16,764 nt of DNA from Candidatus Hydrogenedentota bacterium (GTDB taxonomy: Bacteria; Hydrogenedentota; Hydrogenedentia; Hydrogenedentales; SLHB01), in the NCBI GenBank assembly GCA_034408725.1, contig JAWXCN010000204.1:1-16764 (forward strand), written 5' to 3'. Of this stretch, positions 7,678-15,791 are shown one piece after another (within the stretch, counting starts at the first letter, position 1; each line of letters begins with the position of its first letter). The notes under the pieces were generated by a model. It saw only the letters and a list, made by a program, of their open reading frames with translations. It was not told the DNA's origin and made no database searches. The position numbers and the translations under genes were made by a program.

Positions 7678-7830
7678 ATGAAGCACATCCGGCGCATGAC
7701 CGCCTTGCCAGCGTACGCGTTTGGCGAAGTACGCCCGAATCCGTTCCTGAAATTGCTCGAACCGATTTCGCAGGGTCTAGTGTTGGTGCTACGAAAAAAA
7801 GGCGCGGAAAAGGCGCCTGCGGAAAGCTAA
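7678..7830 (+). CDS. Candidate small protein (50 aa)
   Basis: ATG 7678 has GGAG 7 nt upstream. Sequence MKHIRRMTALPAYAFGEVRPNPFLKLLEPISQGLVLVLRKKGAEKAPAES. It fills an otherwise empty intergenic region. Confidence 0.35.
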   Translation: MKHIRRMTALPAYAFGEVRPNPFLKLLEPISQGLVLVLRKKGAEKAPAES

Positions 7831-7852
7831 GGCGCACCCGTCTAATCTATTT

Positions 7853-8015
7853 AGAGTCTCTATCAAAACTGCCGTAACCCTTTTCAGGGTACCTTTATTT
7901 TGGGTATTGTACCTGGGGTAGGTCCGCCTTCGTCGAAGCGACTACAGCGGCCCAGGCTGCGCGCCGTAATCCCTTCGAGATAAAAAGACTCAGGATAGGT
8001 TTTGTTAGAGATTCT
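7853..8015. mobile_element. MITE-like element bounded by 17-bp imperfect inverted repeats
   Basis: AGAGTCTCTATCAAAAC (7853-7869) matches the reverse complement of 7999-8015 (AGAATCTCTAACAAAAC) at 15/17 positions. 163 bp, no transposase. Confidence 0.5.
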
Positions 8016-8018
8016 TGC

Positions 8019-9485
8019 TCAGTCTTCCGCCGCCGGCACGGCGCGCCATACTTCAAGGCCGCTGGCCGGGTTCGCGGTCCCCAAATAAAAATCCCCGTCC
8101 GGCGTTGATTCCATCGTGCGAAAACCATAGTTCTCGCGATTGCCCAAACCGTCTTGCGTCAGTGGAAACCAATGCGTTCCGTCCTGCGTCTTGAAAATAT
8201 CCCCGCCGGCCTCCGTCAGCCGGTACCAGTCATCGATATCCAACACCTCTCCCGCGATCGCCTTTTGCTGTTCCTGCAAGAATTCAATTAGTTCTGGTAA
8301 ATTGTCGAGAAGTCCCGCCAACAGATTCGCCTGGTCCCAGGTTCCCGCGTACAACCAGCCATCGTGTTCTTTCATTTGCCAGCAATAAGCGTTTGTAAAA
8401 TAGTTGAACCCGGAATCGTAGCCCGAAATCGAGTTGTTTCCGACCACCGTTTCCCATGAATCATCGGAATCAATGCGTATGATGTCACAGCCTTTGAATC
8501 CATAGTCTTGTACCCGGTTGTAACCATAAAAAAGCAGGCTTCCTACGTACAATTTTCCCTTGAAGATCGCTGGAGTGCCCGCGGCCTCGTTACGCGGATC
8601 GGGCCCGCCATGATCGACGACTTTGACGGGACCGCCCGCGCCGCCGGGACCTTCGAGCTTCCAGACTTCATAACCTTCCGCATCATTCTTCGTGCCTGCC
8701 CACAGCCAACCGTTATACGAAATCAAAAATTCCACGCCGCGGTTGTACGGATTGCCAAACCCGTCTTGCATCAGCGGCTCGAAACTTATGCCGTCGTCTG
8801 AGACCCAAATCTCCCCGGGTGGCTGGACTTCCTGGCCGACTGTGTCGAATGCGAATCCCGCGTACAGTTTTCCATCGTGTGCCGCAAGGGCGCGCATCGA
8901 CGCATGGTTCAACCCCGTCGTGAACACGCTCTCCCAACTTCCCGCGTCCCCCGATTTGGACCGCCACAGCGTCGAACCGTTCCCCTGGCTTGAGGCGTAT
9001 AAGTACGTTGCGCGAGCGCCCTTCTGATCCTCGTCTACCGCGTCGTACGTGAGCATGAAGCGAAATCCGTATGTGGATAATTCGTCATCCGAGACATCGT
9101 GGTAATCGAAAACTTTCTCCCACACGTTTTCGCCCAAGTCAGGGCGATACCGTCGAATCTCCGGCGCGCGCACTGGCGGATCATCCGTATCTCCGCCGGT
9201 CAACCTTGCGTTCGAATAGTAGGCAAAAATGCCGCTGATGTTATTTCCAGTCCCCACATACACGTGGCCATCATCCGCACCATCCGGTTTGAAAAACTTC
9301 ATCGACCACGCATATTCGTTTCGATCCTCTTCGGTATCCGCGGCGTCAAACCCGCTTTGGCTGATGCGTACGAAATCGTTCGCCCGAAGTCCGCCCGATT
9401 CGCATTGCGGCAACACCATTCCACAACACACCACCAGGGTTGCGGCCCAAAGCATAATGCCTCTGTTCACATAAATCCGCGTCAT
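8019..9485 (-). CDS. Secreted repeat protein, probable beta-propeller, function unknown
   Basis: Likely ATG 9485 with GAGGGG RBS and a hydrophobic N-terminal segment. Recurring motifs (G.)LY(V/A)G(T/S), DG(F/L)GN..N.G and Asp-box-like S.DG..(W/F). Confidence 0.75.
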   Translation of the reverse strand: MTRIYVNRGIMLWAATLVVCCGMVLPQCESGGLRANDFVRISQSGFDAADTEEDRNEYAWSMKFFKPDGADDGHVYVGTGNNISGIFAYYSNARLTGGDTDDPPVRAPEIRRYRPDLGENVWEKVFDYHDVSDDELSTYGFRFMLTYDAVDEDQKGARATYLYASSQGNGSTLWRSKSGDAGSWESVFTTGLNHASMRALAAHDGKLYAGFAFDTVGQEVQPPGEIWVSDDGISFEPLMQDGFGNPYNRGVEFLISYNGWLWAGTKNDAEGYEVWKLEGPGGAGGPVKVVDHGGPDPRNEAAGTPAIFKGKLYVGSLLFYGYNRVQDYGFKGCDIIRIDSDDSWETVVGNNSISGYDSGFNYFTNAYCWQMKEHDGWLYAGTWDQANLLAGLLDNLPELIEFLQEQQKAIAGEVLDIDDWYRLTEAGGDIFKTQDGTHWFPLTQDGLGNRENYGFRTMESTPDGDFYLGTANPASGLEVWRAVPAAED

Positions 9486-9613
9486 GAAATGACCCCTCGA
9501 ATTGCCAACCAACCGCCCCCGATTTCGCAATCCTACGAAACGCCCTCTCGAATATCGAGTTACAAGTTCGCTTGCGCATATCGGTTGCCTTCACAGTCCA
9601 TCCCGGCCGCGCG

Positions 9614-9643
9614 TTGTACAAATCGGCGCCATCGCGGTATAGT
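9614..9643 (+). promoter_or_regulatory. Possible sigma70 promoter for the response regulator
   Basis: TTGTAC, 18-nt spacer, TATAGT, ending ~23 nt before GTG 9667. Confidence 0.4.
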
Positions 9644-9666
9644 CCACGTACTTGGGGAACTCTTTC

Positions 9667-10029
9667 GTGCAACCAAAACCCAAAATACTGGTCGTCGACG
9701 ATGAAGAAAATATTCGGTACGCGCTGAACCGCTGGTTCGAGATGTCCGGATTCGACGTCGATACCGCCGAAGACGGAGTCGTGGCCGTCGAAAAGTGTAA
9801 AGCAACACGCTACGACATAATCACCATGGACCTTGTCATGCCCAGAATGGATGGCACCACCGCCATCGGCGCAATCCGTAAAATCAATCCTGACGTTCCC
9901 ATACTTGTGCTCAGCGGCTTTCCGGATCGCAGCAGCGGACCGGTCTCGACCGGCGCAACCAAAATCCTCGCGAAGCCCATGCTCCTCAGCGAGCTCGAAC
10001 AGGAAGTCCGCGCACTACTGCCCGATTGA
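9667..10029 (+). CDS. Single-domain response regulator (CheY-like receiver)
   Basis: KILVVDDEE, phosphoacceptor in ITMDLVMPRMDG, LSG and ILAKP motifs. No output domain. Likely GTG start at 9667 (ORF track 9652). Confidence 0.92.
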   Translation: MQPKPKILVVDDEENIRYALNRWFEMSGFDVDTAEDGVVAVEKCKATRYDIITMDLVMPRMDGTTAIGAIRKINPDVPILVLSGFPDRSSGPVSTGATKILAKPMLLSELEQEVRALLPD

Positions 10030-10143
10030 TGTAGCGCCGAACGCTGATTCGGCGCGATCAATATGCATCGTGGGAGCCGGGGAACATTCCCAAATGGAAA
10101 TTTGGGAACGAGGGCGTTGAGATTACCACCTGGAGAACGTGGC

Positions 10144-11286
10144 GTGACCAGTCTATGCCTGATCATCGGTTCATTCGCGTTATGTGCCGATGCCGCGCCA
10201 AAACCGCCGTCGTCCGGCGCGACCATCACCATTGCCGCGCGCGACTCGGCGGAAACCTCGCGCCTCACCGCCACCTACGTCTGCGACGGCGAAGCCGACC
10301 AGGAGGAAATCAACGCTGCCATTCGGGCGTTGCCCGCACCCGGCGGCCGAGTCGTGCTCATGGAGGGCACTTACGACATTCGACGCGTGGAAGGCATGCT
10401 CGGCGGCGTGCTCATCGAACGCAGCAATGTCGTCCTTGAAGGGCAAGGCCCTTCCACCAAACTCTTCCAGGCGCCCCAGCAGGAAAGCAACGTTATCCGC
10501 ATCATCGGCGCGAGTGTTGGCCACATCGTCATCCGCAATCTTTACATTGACGCGAACCGCGACCAGAACCCCCTTGGGGAGGGCGACGAGAACATTTCGC
10601 ACGCCCGGTTCGAGTTTTGCGGCATCAAGGCCTTTTCGGCGCGGCCTGGCTGCTCCGCCGATCCGTGCCACAACATCACCATCGAAAACTGTTATGTCAT
10701 GAACGCGCGCCGTCTCGGCATCATGCTTGAAGGACGCAACATGCGCGTGCTCAACAATGTTTTGGGCAATGCCCATTCGGACTCGGTCGAAATCCTGACA
10801 GGGCCTGGCGAAATTCGCGGGAACTACGCCGAAATCACCGGCAGGACGCACGTCGCCTTCGGCACCGACCGCGGCGACAACATCATCATGGCCAATAACA
10901 TTGTCCATGTCCGCGAAGGCGGTAATATCGACATCGGGTTCCGCTCTTGGTCCGATTCGCAGCGCCACGTCATCGAAGGCAATATCGTGACTGTGGATGC
11001 GGGCGGCAAATGCGCAGTCGCCATTGATGCGCGCGGTTACGGCGCGATCATCACAGGCAACCATACGTTCACGGCGAACCCGGATGAGAAGCTCACGGTA
11101 AAAATCGGCGCCGGCAAAACCATCGTCACCGGCAATGTCTTCGAAAACACAATCGTGGACATCAACGACACCACTGGAACCGGAAAACCGATTCTCGTCA
11201 ACGGTAACATCCTCGAAAACTCGACTGTCGAAATCAAAGCGGGACAAGTCATTCCGAATCCCGCAACCGCAAAGGTCATCGAATAA
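10144..11286 (+). CDS. Secreted right-handed parallel beta-helix protein (pectate lyase-like fold)
   Basis: Signal-like N-terminus from GTG 10144 with GGAG RBS; the start is uncertain (ORF track 10063). DQEEINAAI..GGRVVLMEGTY cap motif followed by many I..N/GN repeats. Confidence 0.82.
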   Translation: MTSLCLIIGSFALCADAAPKPPSSGATITIAARDSAETSRLTATYVCDGEADQEEINAAIRALPAPGGRVVLMEGTYDIRRVEGMLGGVLIERSNVVLEGQGPSTKLFQAPQQESNVIRIIGASVGHIVIRNLYIDANRDQNPLGEGDENISHARFEFCGIKAFSARPGCSADPCHNITIENCYVMNARRLGIMLEGRNMRVLNNVLGNAHSDSVEILTGPGEIRGNYAEITGRTHVAFGTDRGDNIIMANNIVHVREGGNIDIGFRSWSDSQRHVIEGNIVTVDAGGKCAVAIDARGYGAIITGNHTFTANPDEKLTVKIGAGKTIVTGNVFENTIVDINDTTGTGKPILVNGNILENSTVEIKAGQVIPNPATAKVIE

Positions 11287-11288
11287 CT

Positions 11289-12608
11289 ATGAATGAGACG
11301 CCAGCCGAACCGGCCGCGCCTCCCACGTTCGCCGAAGCCACCCGCACATGGTCGTACATCGGCCTAAACAGCTTCGGTGGGCCCGCTGGCCAAATCGCCG
11401 TGATGCACCGTGTCTTGGTCGAAGAAAAGAGATGGGTAAGCGAAGAGCAGTTCCTGCACGCATTGAACTACTGCATGCTGCTTCCCGGCCCCGAAGCGCA
11501 ACAATTGGCAACCTACATCGGCTGGTTGTTCCACGGACCGCGCGGCGGACTCGTCGCTGGAACACTGTTCATTCTTCCCGGCATTGTCACGATCATGCTG
11601 CTGAGCTATCTCTACGCCGGATTCCAGGAAGTAATCGCCGTCGAAGCCTTATTCTTTGGGCTAAAATCGGCGGTACTCGCGATCGTGGTCGAAGCTGTAA
11701 TCCGCATTGGAAAACGCGCACTGAAATCGCGCTTCTCAATATGCATTGCCTCTGCCGCATTCATCGCTATTTTTTTCTTCGCTGTTCCATTCCCGGCTAT
11801 CATTGCCGTCGCCGCCTTGTTGGGCCTCATACGCCACTATCGAGGATCGCCGAGTGCCCCGCAATCCGTCGCAACTACTGCCCGCCATCCGTCGTTTGCA
11901 CGATCACTTCGCGTAATCGGAGTGTGGTGTACGCTTTGGTTTGCGCCTATCATCGTTCTGCTTCTCGTCCGCGGACCGGACAACGTGTATTTTCAGTTGA
12001 GCACCTTCTTCAGTAAGGCGGCTGTCGTCACCTTCGGCGGCGCATACTCCGTACTCGCGTACATCGCTCAACAGGCGGTTCACACGCATGCTTGGTTGCA
12101 GCCCGGCGAAATGCTCGATGGCCTTGCCATGGCTGAAACGACGCCAGGACCGCTCATCATGGTCGTTCAGTTCGTGGGGTTCATGGCGGCATACCGCAAT
12201 CCTGGCGCGCTTCCGCCACTGGTCGCGGGTACATTCGGCGGACTCCTGACAACGTGGGTAACGTTTACTCCGTGCTTCCTATGGATTTTCCTGGGCGCGC
12301 CTTATATCGAGGCGCTACGCGGAAACAAACCGCTCAATGCCGCATTGAGCGCCATCACCGCCGCGGTTGTCGGAGTGGTGCTGAACCTCGCGGTATGGTT
12401 TTCGCTCCATACCCTTTTTGGCCGTGTCGACGAAATGGTATTCGGCCCGTTGCACCTCCAAGTGCCGTCGCTTGCGACAATAAACTGGGCAGCCGCCGCA
12501 CTCGCGGTAGCCGCCGCGATTGCCACCTTCCGGTTTCATGTCGGCATGCTCAAAACACTGGCGGGCTGTGCCGCCGCGGGTTTGGCCTATGCGGCGTTGG
12601 CAACCTGA
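11289..12608 (+). CDS. chrA: Chromate efflux transporter (long-chain CHR family)
   Basis: Two homologous halves with SFGGPAGQIA..LLPGPEAQQLA and TFGGAYSVL..AETTPGPLIM. Confidence 0.95.
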   Translation: MNETPAEPAAPPTFAEATRTWSYIGLNSFGGPAGQIAVMHRVLVEEKRWVSEEQFLHALNYCMLLPGPEAQQLATYIGWLFHGPRGGLVAGTLFILPGIVTIMLLSYLYAGFQEVIAVEALFFGLKSAVLAIVVEAVIRIGKRALKSRFSICIASAAFIAIFFFAVPFPAIIAVAALLGLIRHYRGSPSAPQSVATTARHPSFARSLRVIGVWCTLWFAPIIVLLLVRGPDNVYFQLSTFFSKAAVVTFGGAYSVLAYIAQQAVHTHAWLQPGEMLDGLAMAETTPGPLIMVVQFVGFMAAYRNPGALPPLVAGTFGGLLTTWVTFTPCFLWIFLGAPYIEALRGNKPLNAALSAITAAVVGVVLNLAVWFSLHTLFGRVDEMVFGPLHLQVPSLATINWAAAALAVAAAIATFRFHVGMLKTLAGCAAAGLAYAALAT

Positions 12609-12649
12609 ATTTTGAAAAGTCCCCTTTTCGCGGCTATTTTCCTTTCCGC

Positions 12650-13135
12650 CTACATCTCCATATACGGCATCGGCGGGACCTTTCCCAGCAACCGCGTATA
12701 GACCGACAACGCGCCACGATGATGCGCCGTGTGATCGCTGATCGCCCCCACCACCGCCAACTTCGGTGCGCCACCCATGACCGGCCCCGCCGGCAACGGC
12801 ACATTCAACTCTTCATCCGTCATTCTGCCGACTTTCGTTACCACGCCCTTGTGCGCCTTGTCCAACCACTCGCGCGCGGCCTTCAGTGACGTCACTTTCG
12901 CAATCTCGACGGCATGCGCCGCGAAGTCCAGATCAAACCCCTCGGGCCGTGTCATACCCTGCACAAACCAGTCCAGCGTGTGGGCCACGTGCGCGACTTG
13001 CTGCGCGGCCGTCATCATTCCCGCTTCGGGCACGAACGAAGAATCCTCCTCGGCTAGCGCTCGCGTCCCACGATCAAAAAACTCCTTGCTCGATTCCAAT
13101 TCCCGCACCAAACTTCCGGCCAGTTGCGTTCCCAT
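12650..13135 (-). CDS. DinB/YfiT-like protein
   Basis: QQVAHVAH and DHTAHHRGALSVYTRLLGKVPP are DinB-superfamily His motifs. ATG 13135 with GAGGGAG RBS (ORF track 13186). Confidence 0.88.
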   Translation of the reverse strand: MGTQLAGSLVRELESSKEFFDRGTRALAEEDSSFVPEAGMMTAAQQVAHVAHTLDWFVQGMTRPEGFDLDFAAHAVEIAKVTSLKAAREWLDKAHKGVVTKVGRMTDEELNVPLPAGPVMGGAPKLAVVGAISDHTAHHRGALSVYTRLLGKVPPMPYMEM

Positions 13136-13239
13136 GACAAAATACTCCCTCGTGCTTACGGTAATTGGCGGCCGCAGGTCCACCACATACGAAGCCTATA
13201 CACACTACCGGGAAATCTTCAAGGTGCTGGTCTGCCGGC

Positions 13240-13518
13240 GGACTGCGGCGGCCCCCAAGGCGCCGCTTTGGCTGTTCACCACAGACAATCTACCGTCACC
13301 CTGCGCGCACGAAGCCATCGCCCACAAACAGCCAAAGCGGTGTCTGCGCTCAGTTCAATTGACAACAAGCAGCCAACATCCACCAATCGTCAGTTTGCTC
13401 CGGTGAAGCAAACGTGCTGTGCCGCTCCGCCACCGCAGTCCAAATGGCGCTCGTTCCAAACGCAGCGTCGTGGGAGCTGCCGCTTTGGACTATGGCCGGC
13501 CCTTAGGGCTGCGTCCAA
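13240..13518. repeat. Cluster of nested REP-like inverted repeats
   Basis: Pairs: 13240-13252 with 13429-13441 (12/13 bp); 13259-13276 with 13327-13344 (18 bp, 2 G:T); GTTTGCT/AGCAAAC hairpin 13393-13413; TTGGAC/GTCCAA 13485-13518. GCCGCTTTGG occurs twice. Confidence 0.7.
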
Positions 13519-13672
13519 GTCACCAGGTATTGGGCGGGGCAAACAAATGGCCCGATACTCCCACCGTCGGGTATACTTGCTTCCTGAACAAAAGCCCCCG
13601 ATAGTCGCGGCGAAGTCTGACGAATTCTCATGGACCGCGCCTGTATCGTAATAATGAGGCGATAACTCCAAT

Positions 13673-14308
13673 ATGCCATTCTTGATCGACATGCACATGC
13701 ACACGACCCGGTATTCCCGGTGCAGCCGCATAGAACCTGCGAAAATCATTAGTCAGGCCGTGCGCGCCGGATTGGACGGCATTGTAATCACCGAGCACCA
13801 TCATCAGTGGAGCCAGGACGAAATCGACGCGCTGGTGGCGGAATCGGGTCATCCGGGATTTCTGGTGATGGCGGGTTTCGAGTATACTTCGAACAAGGGC
13901 GACATCCTGATGTATGGCGTGCCGGACGGCCACGTGAAAGAGTTTACCCCGGCCTGGCCACCGGAAAAGGCGATGGCATTGGCGCAGCGGTATGGCGCGG
14001 CGTGCATTGCCGCGCACCCGACCCGGGAAGGCATGTCGTTTGACGAACGGATCGCAAAATTCCCGCTCGCGGCACTCGAGGTCGCCAGCGTAAACCTCAA
14101 GCCGCACGAGCAACGCCTGGCCCGGCGGCTCGCCGAATCCATCAAAAAGCCGATGGTCGCGTGCAGCGACGCGCACGATCTGCAAAACGTCGGCCGCTAT
14201 GCCACCGAGTTCCCCGATCTCATCCTGGGAATCCGCGATTTGCAGGCAGCGTTACTGAATGGTAGATTTCAGGCGGCACGATTCGACCAAAGGACATCGC
14301 ACGCGTGA
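13673..14308 (+). CDS. PHP-domain metal-dependent phosphoesterase
   Basis: Metal-binding motifs IDMHMHT, VITEH, AAHP and CSDAH. Confidence 0.9.
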   Translation: MPFLIDMHMHTTRYSRCSRIEPAKIISQAVRAGLDGIVITEHHHQWSQDEIDALVAESGHPGFLVMAGFEYTSNKGDILMYGVPDGHVKEFTPAWPPEKAMALAQRYGAACIAAHPTREGMSFDERIAKFPLAALEVASVNLKPHEQRLARRLAESIKKPMVACSDAHDLQNVGRYATEFPDLILGIRDLQAALLNGRFQAARFDQRTSHA

Positions 14309-14955
14309 GTGAACCAACGCCAAATACTTCGTCGGCCCCGCTAGACCGCCCTGCCAACATCAAGGGCGAAGTGACCGAATTGATCAAGATGGTGGTGTGG
14401 TTCCTTGCGCTCTTTTTCATCTTAAAGGTATTCGTCATCGAGGGCTACGAAGTGCAGGGCCCCTCAATGGAACCGACCCTCCAAAACAACGAACGGATTC
14501 TCGTTTTCAAGCTTCCTCACAAAATCAGCACCTGGTGGCACGGCTACCAACCCATTGAGGCGGGCGACATTGTGGTCTTTGAACGCACGGAAGACGCGGG
14601 CAAACGCTATGTCAAACGCGTCATTGCCGGGGGGCTGCCCCGAATTCACGGTAACACGGTCGATGCCCAGGTCCAGGAAGACACGGGCCCGCCTCCTGTT
14701 TCGCTGCGCATCGAAGAAGGCCGCGTTTTCATCAACAACCAGTTTATCGAAGAGGACTATCTACCCGACCAAAAACGAGCCGACTTCAATGATTCCGACC
14801 GCGCCGACTTGAAGCGCGGACAATACTACGTCATGGGTGACAACCGCGGCGTCAGCAAGGACAGCCGCGCCTTCGGGGCCATCGAAGACCCCAAAATCAT
14901 CGGAAAGGCCGTATTCCGATTCTGGCCATTGAGCCGTTTCGGCTTTTTGAAATGA
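14305..14955 (+). CDS. lepB: Signal peptidase I
   Basis: Single TM helix, catalytic Ser in GPSMEPTL, Lys in YVKRVI, and YYVMGDNRGVSKDSRAFG. GTGA overlap with the PHP gene. Confidence 0.95.
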   Translation: MSEPTPNTSSAPLDRPANIKGEVTELIKMVVWFLALFFILKVFVIEGYEVQGPSMEPTLQNNERILVFKLPHKISTWWHGYQPIEAGDIVVFERTEDAGKRYVKRVIAGGLPRIHGNTVDAQVQEDTGPPPVSLRIEEGRVFINNQFIEEDYLPDQKRADFNDSDRADLKRGQYYVMGDNRGVSKDSRAFGAIEDPKIIGKAVFRFWPLSRFGFLK

Positions 14956-15791
14956 ACACGGTCATCTTCTCGGACGTCCACCTGAACGTGGCAGAGGATG
15001 GCCGGGACCTGATGGAGAAATTCACCGCGTTTCTAAGCGCCATCGATCCCGCTAGCACGAACCGGATCGTAATCCTCGGGGATCTCTTTGATTTCTGGTT
15101 TGAATACAAGCACGTGATCTTTTCCGGCTATTTCAATGTGCTTCGCGCGTTTGCCGACCTCAGCGACGCCGGCGTCGAAATCCATTTCGTCATCGGCAAC
15201 CACGATTTCTGGGCGGGCAGGTTTTTGCGCCAGCATCTCCGGTTCCAAATTCACGAAGACCTTACGCTGGATTTAAACGGCAAGCGCGCCCTGTTCATTC
15301 ATGGCGACGGCATCAACCCTGGTGATTCGAATTACCGGCTGTACAAACGCATTGCGCGCTCGCCGATCATTGTCCGGTTATTCGGGTTGATCCATCCCGA
15401 TTGGGCAATGGGCCTTGCCCAGGGTGTATCGCGCGGAAGCCGCCATATGAAGAAAGTAGATGATCTAAGCCAGGGCGCCGAGGTAGCGCCCCTGCGGGAA
15501 TTCGCTCGCGCCGCGCTTGTGGAAGGGCGCGCAGACATCGTGTTCTGCGGGCATTCACATTACCCCGTCATGGAGACGTTCCCGACGCCCGGCGGCGAAG
15601 GGCTCTACATCAATACCGGAGACTGGCTGTACCACCAGAGCTACATCGAATGGGACGGCACGACGTTTCACCAACGCTCAGTGATCGCCGAACCCCACCG
15701 CGAGGAAATACCCGAACGACATGCTCAGCGCCGTCCAAATGAGCCACAGCAGGAACCACAAAATGCCGGCGCCCCGTTTGCGCGAGAATGA
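14952..15791 (+). CDS. lpxH: UDP-2,3-diacylglucosamine diphosphatase (LpxH-like metallophosphoesterase)
   Basis: [31 protein letters not shown] and NTGDW motifs. ATGA overlap with lepB. Confidence 0.85.
   Translation: MNTVIFSDVHLNVAEDGRDLMEKFTAFLSAIDPASTNRIVILGDLFDFWFEYKHVIFSGYFNVLRAFADLSDAGVEIHFVIGNHDFWAGRFLRQHLRFQIHEDLTLDLNGKRALFIHGDGINPGDSNYRLYKRIARSPIIVRLFGLIHPDWAMGLAQGVSRGSRHMKKVDDLSQGAEVAPLREFARAALVEGRADIVFCGHSHYPVMETFPTPGGEGLYINTGDWLYHQSYIEWDGTTFHQRSVIAEPHREEIPERHAQRRPNEPQQEPQNAGAPFARE

Noticed and set aside
10180-11247. 355-aa minus-strand ORF
   Set aside because: Antisense shadow of the beta-helix gene with no recognisable motifs; expected from GC-rich codon bias.
12609-12649. Bidirectional terminator between chrA and the DinB gene (GAAAAG..CTTTTC)
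   Set aside because: The stem is short and AT-rich; too weak to call.
13124-13749. ORFs across the dinB-PHP intergenic region
   Set aside because: No domain signal or RBS; the sequence is better explained by inverted repeats.
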